A DNA stretch of 63,976 nt, the filler included, from Globobulimina sp. (lineage: Eukaryota): assembly GCA_003354225.1 (NCBI GenBank). It is 46 parts of 46 records of this genome, joined end to end, with 100 filler letters (N's around TTAATTAATTAA, not from the genome) between each part and the next. Parts side by side here need not be neighbours in the genome. Positions count along the whole stretch, not along the records: positions 23,694 to 24,986 come from PIVH01019262.1; positions 25,087 to 26,379 come from PIVH01019263.1; positions 26,480 to 27,772 come from PIVH01019264.1; positions 27,873 to 29,165 come from PIVH01019265.1; positions 29,266 to 30,558 come from PIVH01019266.1; positions 30,659 to 31,951 come from PIVH01019267.1; positions 32,052 to 33,344 come from PIVH01019268.1; positions 33,445 to 34,737 come from PIVH01019269.1; 38 more parts are not named here. The stretch is one strand, 5' to 3'. Below, piece after piece: positions 24,164-36,458 of this stretch. The position numbers were made by a program, and so were the translations under genes. The notes beneath the pieces were generated by a model. That model had not been told where the DNA came from and did no database searches. It was given only the letters and a program-made list of their open reading frames with translations. Each line of letters begins with the position of its first letter. Position 1 is the first letter of the stretch.

Positions 24164-24834
24164 GCGAAGCGAACCATTTATTAGGAGTACATATTTATTA
24201 TGGTATACATGGCGGCGACGTAGTCGCCTCATCATTGGATAGAAATATTTATATATGGTATCTATGGATGGATGGATTTGGCTGGCGTTTGGGTGTCGTG
24301 GTGGAGGAGGAGGGGATATCGTTGTTGTGGTGGATGTGTAGGTGGATGTGGAGGAGGATGGGGAGGTTATGGTGGATGTGTAGGTGGAAGGGAGGTTGTG
24401 GTGGATCTGTAGGTGGATGGGGAGGTTATGGTGGATGTGTAGGTGGATGGAGAGGCTGTGGTGGATGTGTAGGTGGAGGCGGAGGTGATGTGGCGAGCGG
24501 CGAAGCCGCTCCATTTATATGTGTTTATGATGGAATTATTGTGAGAGCGACGAAGTCGCTCTATTTATTTGTGATGATGATTGGCATCGGAAATGCATTT
24601 AATATATTTGTAAGAAGTTGGATCGGCATCGGAAATGCATTTAATATATCTGTAAGATGTGGGATTTGCATCGGAAATCAGTGAGTTTTGCATTTAATAT
24701 ATCTGTACGAAGTGGGATAGTATAGGATAGTATAGGATAGGATAGGATAGTATTATATGGTATTTAATGAGGTGCCATAGCACCGAACAAGACGCCGCAT
24801 ATTATGATATTATGAGGTGCCATGGCACCGATCG
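24164..24834. repeat. Composite repeat region: GNA-loop hairpins, a GTGGATGTGTAGGTGG minisatellite, GCATCGGAAATGCATTTAATATAT repeats, GGATAGTATA repeats and GGTGCCATRGCACC palindromes
   Basis: All elements read directly from the sequence. Confidence 0.8.
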
Positions 24835-25229
24835 CCTCACGCATATTACACCCAATTATTTGATACAGATATGAAACAACAACAGAACGGATATGAATCA
24901 TACGATGAAAAACACGCAGATATTCTTGCAAGACAAAGAAAATAATCATAATTTGTTTTTGATGCATTCAGAAACGATTAAACTGGNNNNNNNNNNNNNN
25001 NNNNNNNNNNNNNNNNNNNNNNNNNNNNNNTTAATTAATTAANNNNNNNNNNNNNNNNNNNNNNNNNNNNNNNNNNNNNNNNNNNNAATTTTCTTCAAGG
25101 TGATGATAATTATTAAACTGTTCGAATTCATCTTCAACAAAAAAGTATGAACAATATAATGATTACACTGAAACATGAAACATCAAAACATGAAACATCA
25201 AAACATTACTATACAACCATATGCTTTCA

Positions 25230-26095
25230 TCAATCATCATCGGTTGGATTCGGATTCGCATAATTTGGGTTGTCCGTGTTATCCACACTTAGCCTATGTT
25301 TCGGCGATTGAACAGCTCCGGTATTTGCCGCAGTATTTGCATCCTCGAAATCATCCTCATTTATATCATCGCCGTCGGGGTCCATGCCAACCCACGCCGT
25401 TATTCCCCAGACAAACTCTGGAAATTCAATAGTTTTATCCCCATTGAAATCTAACTCTTTTAGTCTCTCATTAATCTATTTGCCGTTTATCAGCATATAA
25501 ACTGCGAAAACGCGTAAAATAAAAATAAAAAAAAAACGCATACCAAATCATCACTTTTCATTGCAGAAAAAGCGTGTTTTAATTCATCGAAATCAATCTC
25601 GCCCGAACCATCATCATCGATAAAATCAAACGCTTCCTTTGCCACCAAAAAGCCAGCACGGATTTTTTTAAATTCCTCAGATTGTTGTTGATGATCAATA
25701 TTGTGCTCATTTAAAAAGCAGCCGACTGCGGCAGCGATTAAAAACTCTTTCAAATCGATCTGTTCGTCGCCATCTAAGTTTGCAGTATTTATGATTCGTG
25801 TTATTTCGCTGTCGTTTAATTCTGAGGCGGCTGCGCCTAATTCAATGAGTAAAGGTTTTACTTCGTTTTTGGTGACATAGTCTCTCGAACCAGCACAGGA
25901 TTTAAACACTTTTTTACACTCTTTAAATGAATGCCGAATATGTGGGAATTTCATGGTCAATCTAGTCATTCCTTTGGTTGCTGTGTGACGCCGGGAATGT
26001 TGCTCTTTGGTTGACGTCACCCCTCTGCTTGAACTGGATAAGCCAATGCTTTGTTTGGTTCCTTCATCGTCACTGCCTGTACAACAAGCACCCAT
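25230..26095 (-). CDS. Complete EF-hand calmodulin-like protein (CML21/22-like) with N-terminal acylation motif, intron 25476-25543
   Basis: MGACC start; EF hands NLDGDEQIDLKE, DDDGSGEIDFDE and DFNGDKTIEFPEF...AWVGMD. Confidence 0.88.
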
Positions 26096-26479
26096 TGACA
26101 AGCCTGAAAACGTTTTCTTTCTTCAAAACTTACTTTACGAAACATCGTTGTTGTTGGGAAAGACTCCGAATACTTTCACAGACAATGTTGAAAGTCGACA
26201 TATATATAGTAATCTCTGTAACTCTCTGTTTTTTTAAAAATTTATATATGTTATTTTCAATTTGTAATCTGTTTTTTGTTGTTTTTTGAAACTTAGACGA
26301 ATGTTAACACGCATTTCAGAAATTATTTATGAATCACACAAGAAACCAAAAAAAAAAAAAAAACAATTACTTTTATTCTNNNNNNNNNNNNNNNNNNNNN
26401 NNNNNNNNNNNNNNNNNNNNNNNTTAATTAATTAANNNNNNNNNNNNNNNNNNNNNNNNNNNNNNNNNNNNNNNNNNNN

Positions 26480-26982
26480 CCCGCTCTTTAATATCTACCC
26501 TGCCCAACGATGCAGATAATTTATATGTTGTGCTCACGGCGCGTTCTTTAAAACACGATCTGAATATAATCAGCAGGGCATCTAGCGAAAGCTCCGTGAA
26601 AAAACTTAGAATGGCTGGTGTTGATAGTGTTGTTATGCCAGAGAGAGTTGGAGGTGCTCATATGGCTACCCTTGTTGCCCAACCAGACATTGTTGAGTTT
26701 CTTGAACATCTCTCTATTCATAGTGATATACCAACACAACTAACTGAAATTATGTGTAGCGAGCTTCCTCCAGACCTTATAAACAAACGCATCAGGGAAA
26801 TAGGCATAAGACGAAAATCAGGAGCAAATATTATTGGGTTTAAAACTGCAACCGGTGATTTTATTGTAAACCCTACTGCTGATACTAAATTAATACCTAA
26901 TTCGAAACTATTTGTTTTAGGGACAAAAGAGCAAGTTTCACATTTGAAAGAAATAATGAGTGGATCAGACCATCCTGCTTAA
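26480..26982 (+). CDS. Bacterial potassium channel / TrkA-family RCK_N-RCK_C protein, 5'-truncated
   Basis: DADNLYVVLTAR, IISRA, KLRMAGVDSVVMPERVGG, GANIIG, LFVLG. Confidence 0.9.
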
Positions 26983-27021
26983 TGACCATATGTATACCAG
27001 ATTATAGAAGATTAATTAATA

Positions 27022-27029
27022 TACTTTTG
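27022..27029 (+). promoter_or_regulatory. Bacteroidota -7 promoter element TAnnTTTG (second copy at 27586-27593)
   Basis: TACTTTTG and TATCTTTG lie upstream of two SD-less lipoprotein genes. Confidence 0.6.
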
Positions 27030-27049
27030 CATTAAGCAATCAAAACATT

Positions 27050-27583
27050 ATGAATAAATTATTCCTAATATTCTCAGCAATTTTGCTTACAGTTAGTTCA
27101 TGTAAAGAAATTAATCAGTTAACACATTTCTATATGGATTACACCGGAAATATAACTATACCATCCAATATTGCTGTTAATACACATATAGATATTTGGA
27201 CATCAAATATTTCAACAAATTCTGAAGAATTATTTAGTGACAATAATACAAGTACTAATTTAGTTGAAAAGATTAATCTCGATGAGATGGATATGAACAT
27301 ACCTGTGGGTGAGGGTCAAACCTTTGATTTTCTTAAATCGGTTGAAGTATATATTCATGCTAAAGACCTTGATGAGACCAAAATTGCGTGGTATGATGAT
27401 ATTCCACAAACGGGGTTACTGTCCATAAAACTCGAGACTAGCGAAGATGATCTTAAAGAATATATTAAGAATGAAGAATATAGACTACATATAAAAACAA
27501 TTGTTCGTCAGGTTATATCAGATAGCACGGATATTGAAATTTTAAGCTCTTTCTATGTTGATGCAACAATATTGGGAATCTAG
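27050..27583 (+). CDS. Bacteroidota hypothetical lipoprotein
   Basis: Signal peptide II with lipobox VSSC-KE. Confidence 0.8.
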   Translation: MNKLFLIFSAILLTVSSCKEINQLTHFYMDYTGNITIPSNIAVNTHIDIWTSNISTNSEELFSDNNTSTNLVEKINLDEMDMNIPVGEGQTFDFLKSVEVYIHAKDLDETKIAWYDDIPQTGLLSIKLETSEDDLKEYIKNEEYRLHIKTIVRQVISDSTDIEILSSFYVDATILGI

Positions 27584-27684
27584 TTTATCTTTGCAGCAAT
27601 AATATATTGCAAAATCAAACCGTTAAGAATATCATTAGTTTGCTAGAGTAACAGTTTGTTTCAAATAATTTAAAAACATTAAAA

Positions 27685-27772
27685 ATGAATAAAAACATTT
27701 TCACTGCATTTGCAGTAATTATCAGCCTGACAGTTATTATGTGGTCAGGATGTAAAAAAGATAACGGTCCTA
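27685..27772 (+). CDS. Bacteroidota lipoprotein, N-terminal fragment
   Basis: MNKNIFTAFAVIISLTVIMWSGCKKD lipobox. Confidence 0.7.
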
Positions 27773-27872
27773 NNNNNNNNNNNNNNNNNNNNNNNNNNNN
27801 NNNNNNNNNNNNNNNNTTAATTAATTAANNNNNNNNNNNNNNNNNNNNNNNNNNNNNNNNNNNNNNNNNNNN

Positions 27873-28688
27873 TTGCTCAGATTTGCGTGGGAATGGGATG
27901 AGGGATTTATCCAACATTTGTTCATCATCATCATCAAAGGAGAAATCAGCAGCAACTATGAAATGTATATTATATACGTTTTTTGATTTGTGACCGTTTT
28001 TGTATATTTTATGTGTTGAAAGTACCTTTTTGTTCTTGAGCCATTTAGTTATGATATGTGCAATAGAATTTAGTGAGAGAAGTTTGTGAGAGGGATTGAG
28101 GTGGAGAGTGGTGAAAGTTTTATTTAAGAAGTTGATGAAAAGCACTTTTTGGACTGAGCAGTGACGGTACTTCAGCTTGTTGTGTACATTTTGTATCAGT
28201 GGTGGTGTCTCGCAATGAGTTATATCAAGATTGATATTATAAATACAAGAATTACAATAGTATGGAAATGGCAGAGAAAGAGAGATGAAACACAGTGGAA
28301 GGAAATTATAATCCATGGTCAAGTACAGGGCAAGGATATCGTCAGTGACTGGGACGTCAGGTAATATGCCTGCTTTTTGATTACTTTTGTCTTCGGGATA
28401 ACTTTGATCATTTCTATGTTGTTCTTTGTTCAATATCAGTTCGTTCAAAGTGTGATGGTTTTGATGCAATGCGCATTTTATTATAGTGTCTGTTTTAGTG
28501 GAAATGGTGTTGTTGTTGTTGTTGGAAAGACGTTGGGATGCATTTGCGTGTTGTGGTCGTATAATGATGAATATGTTCATGTTGTATGAGGGTATTTTTT
28601 TGTATCTATCAATTGTATTCTGTTCGTTTTTTGTATTGTACAATTTAGTTATTCTGCTTTCCTTTCTTTTCATGTCTTTGATGTGCAT
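27873..28688 (-). CDS. Hypothetical protein, 3'-truncated
   Basis: ~270-aa open frame; no family recognised. Confidence 0.5.
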
Positions 28689-28849
28689 ATCTGATTCACA
28701 ATGAACGAGACTGATTTTTGCATCGTGGAGACACTGTGAAGTTTGCAGGGATTCTGTTTCGGAAATTGGAACGAGAGGGAAGAAGTGAGGAAAGTTTTTT
28801 ATGATGTACCCGTACTGTTTTCAGAAATTGCTTCCATCTCGCTTTGATA

Positions 28850-29165
28850 ATGCAGTCTGTCGATTTCTATTTTGATTTATCATGTCCATATTCATATATG
28901 GTATCAACCCAAATCAATGAAATCTGCTCAAAATACAATGTTATTCCAAAATGGAATCCATTTTTAAAATCTGATCAAGCGTCAAAGCCTTACACATCAG
29001 CATCAAACAAATTAAAATACAATTCAAGATTGTTACTTTTTTCTGGGCAAAGGATTGTGCATAATAATAATTTTTATCAACGGTTACACCAAACACCATC
29101 CACAGTGAATGAAATGGCATTTTTAGCATCGATTTATAATCAAAGCAATGAAACAATGATAAAAT
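28850..29165 (+). CDS. DsbA-like / HCCA isomerase / GST-kappa family protein, N-terminal fragment
   Basis: VDFYFDLSCPYSY...KWNPF. Confidence 0.75.
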
Positions 29166-29265
29166 NNNNNNNNNNNNNNNNNNNNNNNNNNNNNNNNNNN
29201 NNNNNNNNNTTAATTAATTAANNNNNNNNNNNNNNNNNNNNNNNNNNNNNNNNNNNNNNNNNNNN

Positions 29266-30101
29266 GTCCAATACATATCTGCTTTGAAACATTATCATTT
29301 TCAAATTCATGAAATTCATCCAATACCAATCCATAACCAATTTGTGATCGCATTATCTCGGTTGGAATATTAATGGATGCATCTGAGTCAATGTTAAATT
29401 TATAAATCATTCCATTGCAAAATTTCGGATTTATTTTCAGTTTCTTTTGCTTTATTTCTGTATTATTATTACAATAATATTTCATCACAGATTTGTGGAT
29501 ATTGTGCGCCCAAAAAGATTTTATATCCATTGTCATGGATATATCACCGTCCTCATCTTCATGTGGCTTATCATCATTATTATCATTGTTATTTGGTGTA
29601 AATGCTAAATTATTTGTGTCATTATAGGCAGACTCAATATCTTCGATCTGTTGCTTCGCCATTTTAGCTTTGGTTTGTCGCAACAAATTAAAATCTAATC
29701 CTTTGAACGTATGACTATGTTCAAAATCAGCACCAATTAATTTTCTATATTCTTCAGGTAAATCTTCAAAATTTTTATTTTTATCGGACTGAATAGTTAT
29801 AATTTAAATGTAAATGCGTGTTTTTATGTGTTTTTTTAGTGCAAGGATTGGTTATAAACGTAACTTTGGATAGTTTTGCATTTAATTGTTTTGCGAATTC
29901 TTCCTCTTCTTTTTGTGCTCTTTCCTTTTCTTTGGATGCTTTTTTCCGATCAAAATATTTTTTCTTTCTTTCAGCTCGCTTGCGTTTCTTTTCTTGACGT
30001 TTGAGATCTGATACTTGTGACTCATCGTTTTGTGTATTTGCATTTGAATTATTACTCTCTACATAGGTTGGTGTTAATACATATTTTTTGCTTGATACCA
30101 A
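29266..30101 (-). CDS. Spliceosomal protein RED (IK)-like, intron 29789-29864; start uncertain, 3'-truncated
   Basis: LIGADFEHSHTFKGLDFNLL resembles RED GGDMEHTHLVKGLDFALL; also GMIYKFNID...IPTEIMRS. Confidence 0.72.
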
Positions 30102-30231
30102 TTTGCTAAAATCTGCATTGCTGTTAACAATTTATCGACATATTGTTAAAAAAAAACGCTCTCCATTCTCTTTTTTAAATACTCAAAAAGAAAAAACCTA
30201 CTTGTAAATAAATTAATGTATTAGCAAAGCG

Positions 30232-30558
30232 ATGAAATTTGGTAAATACTTACAAGAGAATCAAATTGAACAATGGAAGGAATACTACATTCATTACAAA
30301 GCGATAAAGAAATTTATAGCCATGGCAGATTTCCAAAATGGAATCAGTAACCAAGACGAGAAATACTTCATCGATAAAGTGGAAGAAAATGTCGGCCGCA
30401 TCGAAGAGTGGTTTCTAAGGGTTCGGAATGGATGTTTTGAACGTTTTGAAGTTGTTCAGAACGACTTACCAAAAAAAATCAAATCCCGTTTGCCATGCAT
30501 CTCTAAGTTTACATCTTTCCAACAATATACCACACGATCCACGCAAAAGAAAAGCAAA
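30232..30558 (+). CDS. SPX-domain protein, N-terminal fragment
   Basis: MKFGKYL...QWKEYYIHYKAIKKFI SPX signature. Confidence 0.88.
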
Positions 30559-30658
30559 NNNNNNNNNNNNNNNNNNNNNNNNNNNNNNNNNNNNNNNNNN
30601 NNTTAATTAATTAANNNNNNNNNNNNNNNNNNNNNNNNNNNNNNNNNNNNNNNNNNNN

Positions 30659-30968
30659 TTCAAAATTATATGATTTACAAAAAATGGATTCAAATAAGGA
30701 TGAAAAGAAAGGAATGGACATCCCACAAAAATATAAAGATTTAGTTTCATCATATCAAGTAATTATTGAATTAGAATTAAAGTCTGATAATAATGAAGTT
30801 GCAATATGCAACTTGGTGATTGGTGCATTAATCCCAAAAGGATATGTTTTATTAAATAATGATGGTAATGTTTGGTTTGATTCAGTGCATAATTTATTGC
30901 TAAAGAATTCAAAAATATATCAAACATTATCTAATGACAGAATCCAGCAGCAACTGCTAAACATCTGA
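30659..30968 (+). CDS. Hypothetical protein, C-terminal fragment
   Basis: Short open frame only. Confidence 0.35.
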
Positions 30969-31036
30969 ACTGCATAAGTCCGAAATCAATTAATTTATTG
31001 TTTTGTGCAGACTAAATCTTTGTTGATATTTGCATC

Positions 31037-31951
31037 ATGGCACTACGATTACTTTCAAAAAGAGCCTTATCGACAACAAGACAAAGGCAAACATCATCCA
31101 TCGAGACACAGGCATTTGGCACCACAAAATGTGGACAAAATATCGATTTATTTAAAATGAGTAATTCACATGGAATGACAATCGAAGTCATCAATTATGG
31201 CGCACATTTACGTACGGTCAATGTCCCAGATCGCAACAACAAAGCCACCGATGTTACCATCGGATTAGAAAACATTGCTGATTATGAAGAACGTAATGAT
31301 TATTTTGGTTGCATTGCTGGTCGCTATGCCAATAGAATCGGCAAAGGACAGTTCACTTTAAATAAACAACAATATCAAGTCGGTTTAAATGATGGTGCTA
31401 ATTCATTACATGGTGGATTTGAAGGGTTCGATAAAAAAGTTAAAGTGTTTTCATTTTATAGCAATTATAATACAATTCACAAAACCAATTCTAAATAGGT
31501 TTGGAATGTTATCTCAGAGATACATGAAAGCGATAAAGTGGGTATTAAATTAAATTATGTTTCCTGTGATGGCGAAGAAGGATATCCATCAAAATGCGAT
31601 ATTACATGCGAATATTTATTATATTTAAATGAGAATATATTTGATATCAAATACGTTGCAAATACGGACGATTTGACCATAATCAATGTGACGAATCATG
31701 CATATTGGAATTTAAATGGTGTGTTTGATGAAGAAAATGCTATTTGTAACGGCTCGCATGAATTGCAAATACATTCTTCGTTTATAACACCCATCGATGA
31801 TACATTAATTACCAACGGCGAGTTATTGCATATTAATGATACGGCCTTCGATTTTAAGCGGTTGTATGATATCGGTGCGAGAATAAACGATTCAAGTTGT
31901 CAACAATTGAGATATGGCAACGGTTATGATCATAACTTTGTGATTAATAAT
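31037..31951 (+). CDS. galM: Aldose 1-epimerase (galactose mutarotase), intron 31439-31498, 3'-truncated
   Basis: YFGCIAGRYANRI, SLHGG, DGEEGYP, NVTNHAYWNL, GYDHNF. Confidence 0.93.
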
Positions 31952-32490
31952 NNNNNNNNNNNNNNNNNNNNNNNNNNNNNNNNNNNNNNNNNNNNTTAAT
32001 TAATTAANNNNNNNNNNNNNNNNNNNNNNNNNNNNNNNNNNNNNNNNNNNNAAACTCAAAAAACAAAAATTAACGTTTTTACTGTAAAACACACACAAAA
32101 AAAAAGGAATAATATATGAAATTTGTATTAAATTCACGTATATGCTAAAAACAAATAGGGAACAAAAATAGGTGATATGGTCAACAATTTTCAAACAGTT
32201 CAATCACAACTTAACAGATTTGGGCGTTACACACAAAAAAAAGAAGGATAAAAAGGACTGTTTTGAGTTTGCTAATCAATAATAACTGTTTTACTCACAA
32301 TCGATTAATTTCTAACAAAACACACAAAAAATACTATAAATGCTATTTTAATCAATGAATCTGCAAAATTATCACGATAATGATTTGTATATAAATACAC
32401 ACAAAAAATCACCGGACACCACCTTGCAATGAGTTTCAATGAGAAAAAATGTCGCCAAACACCACAAATACGCGGTGCTTAGCTATCTGT

Positions 32491-33344
32491 TTATGCGCTA
32501 TGGCGATCCACTTCGTTTTGTGGACCACCAAATTGTAGAGCTCTCATTTGATTTACAGTGTTTATTTCATGTTCATTTTCCATGTCTGTGTCATTATCGT
32601 CTCCATTGTCGCTATGCCCATCATTTTGATTCAAACATGCATCAAAATATATTGTTGCCGCATTTATTGACCAAATTTTGTTCTTAATCGCATACTTTAT
32701 TGTGTCCTGCGGGCAAATCTCGCTTTTTTTGTAATTAAATATGCGAATCATAGCGTCAATTAATAATGGTTTTGATATTTGATATTTCCCATATTTTCTG
32801 GCCTGGACATGTATTTTTTGAATAACCGGGTCGTGGACGCACAGACTGTTCATTTTTTGCTGGAAGTCACTTTTTTGACATTCGTTATTGATCAATAACT
32901 CACTTTTTGTTGCCATTTTAATTCTGCCTAAACGCGTAATTCTTAGGTTAAGACCGCACGGCAGGCCATTAATTGTGTAATTCTTTGGAAAAAAAACTCG
33001 TTCTTCATCCGATAACGCCTCAATTCTCGTATTTGATGACAATTCGAATGAGTTAATTTTGAATCTCTGGTTAAGAGCGTCGAACGAAGCGAAGAATTCC
33101 CATTGTCCGGGTTTTAAATCTTTCATATTTGACGCGAAGAATATGGCGATTTGCTGCAATGAGCCATAATCCTTAATACTACACGAAAAGAAATTGAGTC
33201 TAATTCCGTGTATTCTGTAATTGTATAAATATGCTGAATTTTTATTTGTGGTGAAGTGGCATACAGAATCTGTGCCATTTCCACCTAAATATCTCACCAG
33301 ATTTATATTGCCGATGAGGTGTTTTTTGATTAAATTAATCACAT
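32491..33344 (-). CDS. Hypothetical protein fragment
   Basis: 283-aa open frame; no family recognised. Confidence 0.5.
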
Positions 33345-33823
33345 NNNNNNNNNNNNNNNNNNNNNNNNNNNNNNNNNNNNNNNNNNNNTTAATTAATTAA
33401 NNNNNNNNNNNNNNNNNNNNNNNNNNNNNNNNNNNNNNNNNNNNAAAACACCCTCTTTTTTCGACTTTTTAAACGGCCAAAAATGTGTATCGTCGTCTTT
33501 AGGTTTGAGCAAAGTTTCTCACGAAAATGTGAAATATGGGTCAATGAAAACATTATTAGGTCTTTACCCAATCTCAATCAACCTCGTATGGCCAAACCTC
33601 GACCTCTGAACACGGAACACCTAATTAGCATATTAAGTATAGGATTGGCACTCTCCACACGATTTTAGTTTAACAATCTTTGCAGCAAATCGCACCCCAC
33701 ATACCCTATTCTTTTCTCCCTTTGATATTGACTGAGATATTCGCAGTCATATTTTGAAATATGACTAAGTCATGTTGTTATTTTGAGTCGCACTGTTATC
33801 ATCAGCGCTTTTTTGCAAAGGTT

Positions 33824-33948
33824 TTCATTGCATTAATGATACGTCGGGTCATAAAATTGTGTGGCGGCTTCGCACGTTATTCACACTTTTATGACTGACG
33901 TATCATTAATGCAATGAACATCGTCCCACCCCCTTTAAAGCGGGTGGG
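33824..33948. repeat. MITE-like inverted repeat followed by a GC-rich hairpin
   Basis: TTCATTGCATTAATGATACGTC perfect 22-bp arms with an inner GTCATAAAA/TTTTATGAC stem (33824-33918), then CCCACCC...GGGTGGG. Confidence 0.75.
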
Positions 33949-34837
33949 CACTCGTTTAAATAAACGATGTGCAATTAGAATAACAACACAAGTCAATACA
34001 GTATGATACGACAGCAGAACGGGGCAACGTCGGTCTTCGAATAATTTCGTTAGTGTGTGTTATCGAATGATTTTACTGACGGCCTTGAGGTCTTTAGTTT
34101 GTCGTTAAATGTGTAATCTTTACATGTTGTGACTTAATAATAGTTCAGAGTACACTATGTTCATGCGGCTCCTGGCTAAGGTCTATATTTGATATTTAAA
34201 TTGAACCTTTTACCAGCGCCATCGCTTATCGTTGTTATATATCTATATATAACACCTTTAATTGCTATATTCAGTAATAGTCTTTGAATTCATTAATAGT
34301 GTTAATAGCTGGTTATTCTTTGAAGATTACAATTTTTGACTGCAACTGTGATTATGCAGTCAGTTTTCACGATTACTATACCCTGCTATGGTTATCGTTA
34401 CTGTGACCGTGAAATCGTCTGCATTGACCGTAAATTCGGTATACATATATATATATATGCATTGGCCATAAATTTCTCGTTGGCACACACCCTTGACACC
34501 GTCTCAGTCGTCACGGTATCAAGGCGGTACAATACTAATTAAAGTTGCGACTATAAATTTATTGACCAGACAGGTCTAAGACCGGTCAGTATACACATAT
34601 AAAACGTTAAATTTAACAATAAACCATTTAGTTTTAACAACGACTGTAGTCATTTTTACATTTTACCTTGTTAGGGGTGTTTGTTTGGAATGTCGTGTCG
34701 CTCTAATTATTTTTATATATGTTTCCAATCAAAATTANNNNNNNNNNNNNNNNNNNNNNNNNNNNNNNNNNNNNNNNNNNNTTAATTAATTAANNNNNNN
34801 NNNNNNNNNNNNNNNNNNNNNNNNNNNNNNNNNNNNN

Positions 34838-35793
34838 TTCTCCCCTGACCTGCCTTATGCCCATCTTTATCCATACCACCCATTGCAGCTATTTCATGCA
34901 CTGAAATGTGTTTACATGAAATCTTTATGCTTCCACCAGAGCCACCACCGCCAAAAACACTATTCCCTCCATTCGCACATATTTTGCTTTCCTTTCCCAT
35001 AATTATATCGCCTGGACATTGTATATCAATTACACCTCCACCATTCCCACCACTTTCATTCTCACTGACACGAAAACATAAATAAATATATAGACAAACA
35101 TCAACAACACAAAGCAAAACATCTTACCTTATTCCATTATTGTAACCACCGCCGCCGCCACTTCCAAGATATAACACCGTTAAAAATTCATCCTTTCCCT
35201 CCATACCCACCCCCAGCACCTCTACATTTTGAATAGCCGCTTGCTTTTGCTCCCTTTCCTGCACCGCCACCGCCTGCATTGTTAGCTCTGTTGTACTTAC
35301 TACCTTTCCCTGTGTATGATTCGCCCGATTCACAAAAATATCCGCCATTATAACCTTTACTATCCACATTAATTTGTGCAGATTCGTGCATTGTTATATT
35401 ATGATCTGTTTTAAGTAATAATTTACCACCTTTTCGAGATTTGGAATGCCATGTTTCTACAGTTAACGTAGCGTTTTTTTTAATTACAATATGTTCAAAT
35501 TCATGGTATACGCCTGATGATAATGTTATTGTTGTTCCTTCATCGACAATTAATTCAGTTTTTAAGTATTTGGTTAGCAATATTTTTATTGCGTGTGGAA
35601 TTACTTTGTGTTTATTCCATTCAATCCATAGGTTTTGTTCTACAAATTCACGAATGAATCCATAAATTACATATTCCCATGCATCTGGAGATGTATCTTC
35701 TGCTGATAGCAAATATGTTGCATCCATGACTGCGGCTGCTGTCATGGAAATGCCTTTGCTCGTTGAAATATTTTTTGTGTTTTCGTTGCCCAT
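34838..35793 (-). pseudogene. Glycine-rich-domain protein with a frameshift near 35188-35195, intron 35065-35127
   Basis: GGGGAG/GAGGGYG ends at TGA, while LYLGSGGGG...GGNGGG...GGGSGGSI continues in another frame. Confidence 0.6.
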
Positions 35794-36458
35794 GTTTAAA
35801 GATGACTAGCTCACTTCGAGAAAATGCAATATTTACTATGTATGAGGAGAGGACCGGGATTTCAAGTTTTTCTCGAAGTTTGTAGTTTTATTAAAGCAAA
35901 AATTGAAGTCAAAATAACATAAATATGCGATCATTTAAACAAACAATAGTTGATAGTCGGTATGGTTTCTATTATTTTTATGAAAATAATTATTATTAAA
36001 TCCAAAATAAAATTGAAGATATCTTTGTGATGAAAAATCAAGACGTAATCCATTAAATTTTATTATTTCTAAATTATTTTCTTTTTCTGATGACAATTTA
36101 ACTAAACATTGCACCAATTCCTTTGAATATNNNNNNNNNNNNNNNNNNNNNNNNNNNNNNNNNNNNNNNNNNNNTTAATTAATTAANNNNNNNNNNNNNN
36201 NNNNNNNNNNNNNNNNNNNNNNNNNNNNNNAAAATGTACCAGTTTAAATATGACATGCGCTTCACAAGAAATATTTAATGTATGCATGCTAACAAAAATG
36301 CAGCTGATCCAAATGCGAGCCATAATCGATTATAACTATATTTGCGAGCCATAATCGATTACAACTAATTATAACACCAGATATGTCTATAATTATTCTC
36401 CATAAATAACTTTCCAACTTCATTATTCTCCAAAAAGAATAATTATTCTCCAAAAAGA

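Noticed and set aside
24112..24684. 190-aa Gly/Trp-rich ORF and its His-rich antisense ORF
   Set aside because: Open only because of a G-rich minisatellite; no coding evidence.
35188..35190. TGA as selenocysteine or readthrough in the Gly-rich gene
   Set aside because: The conserved continuation is in a different frame, so this is a frameshift rather than readthrough.
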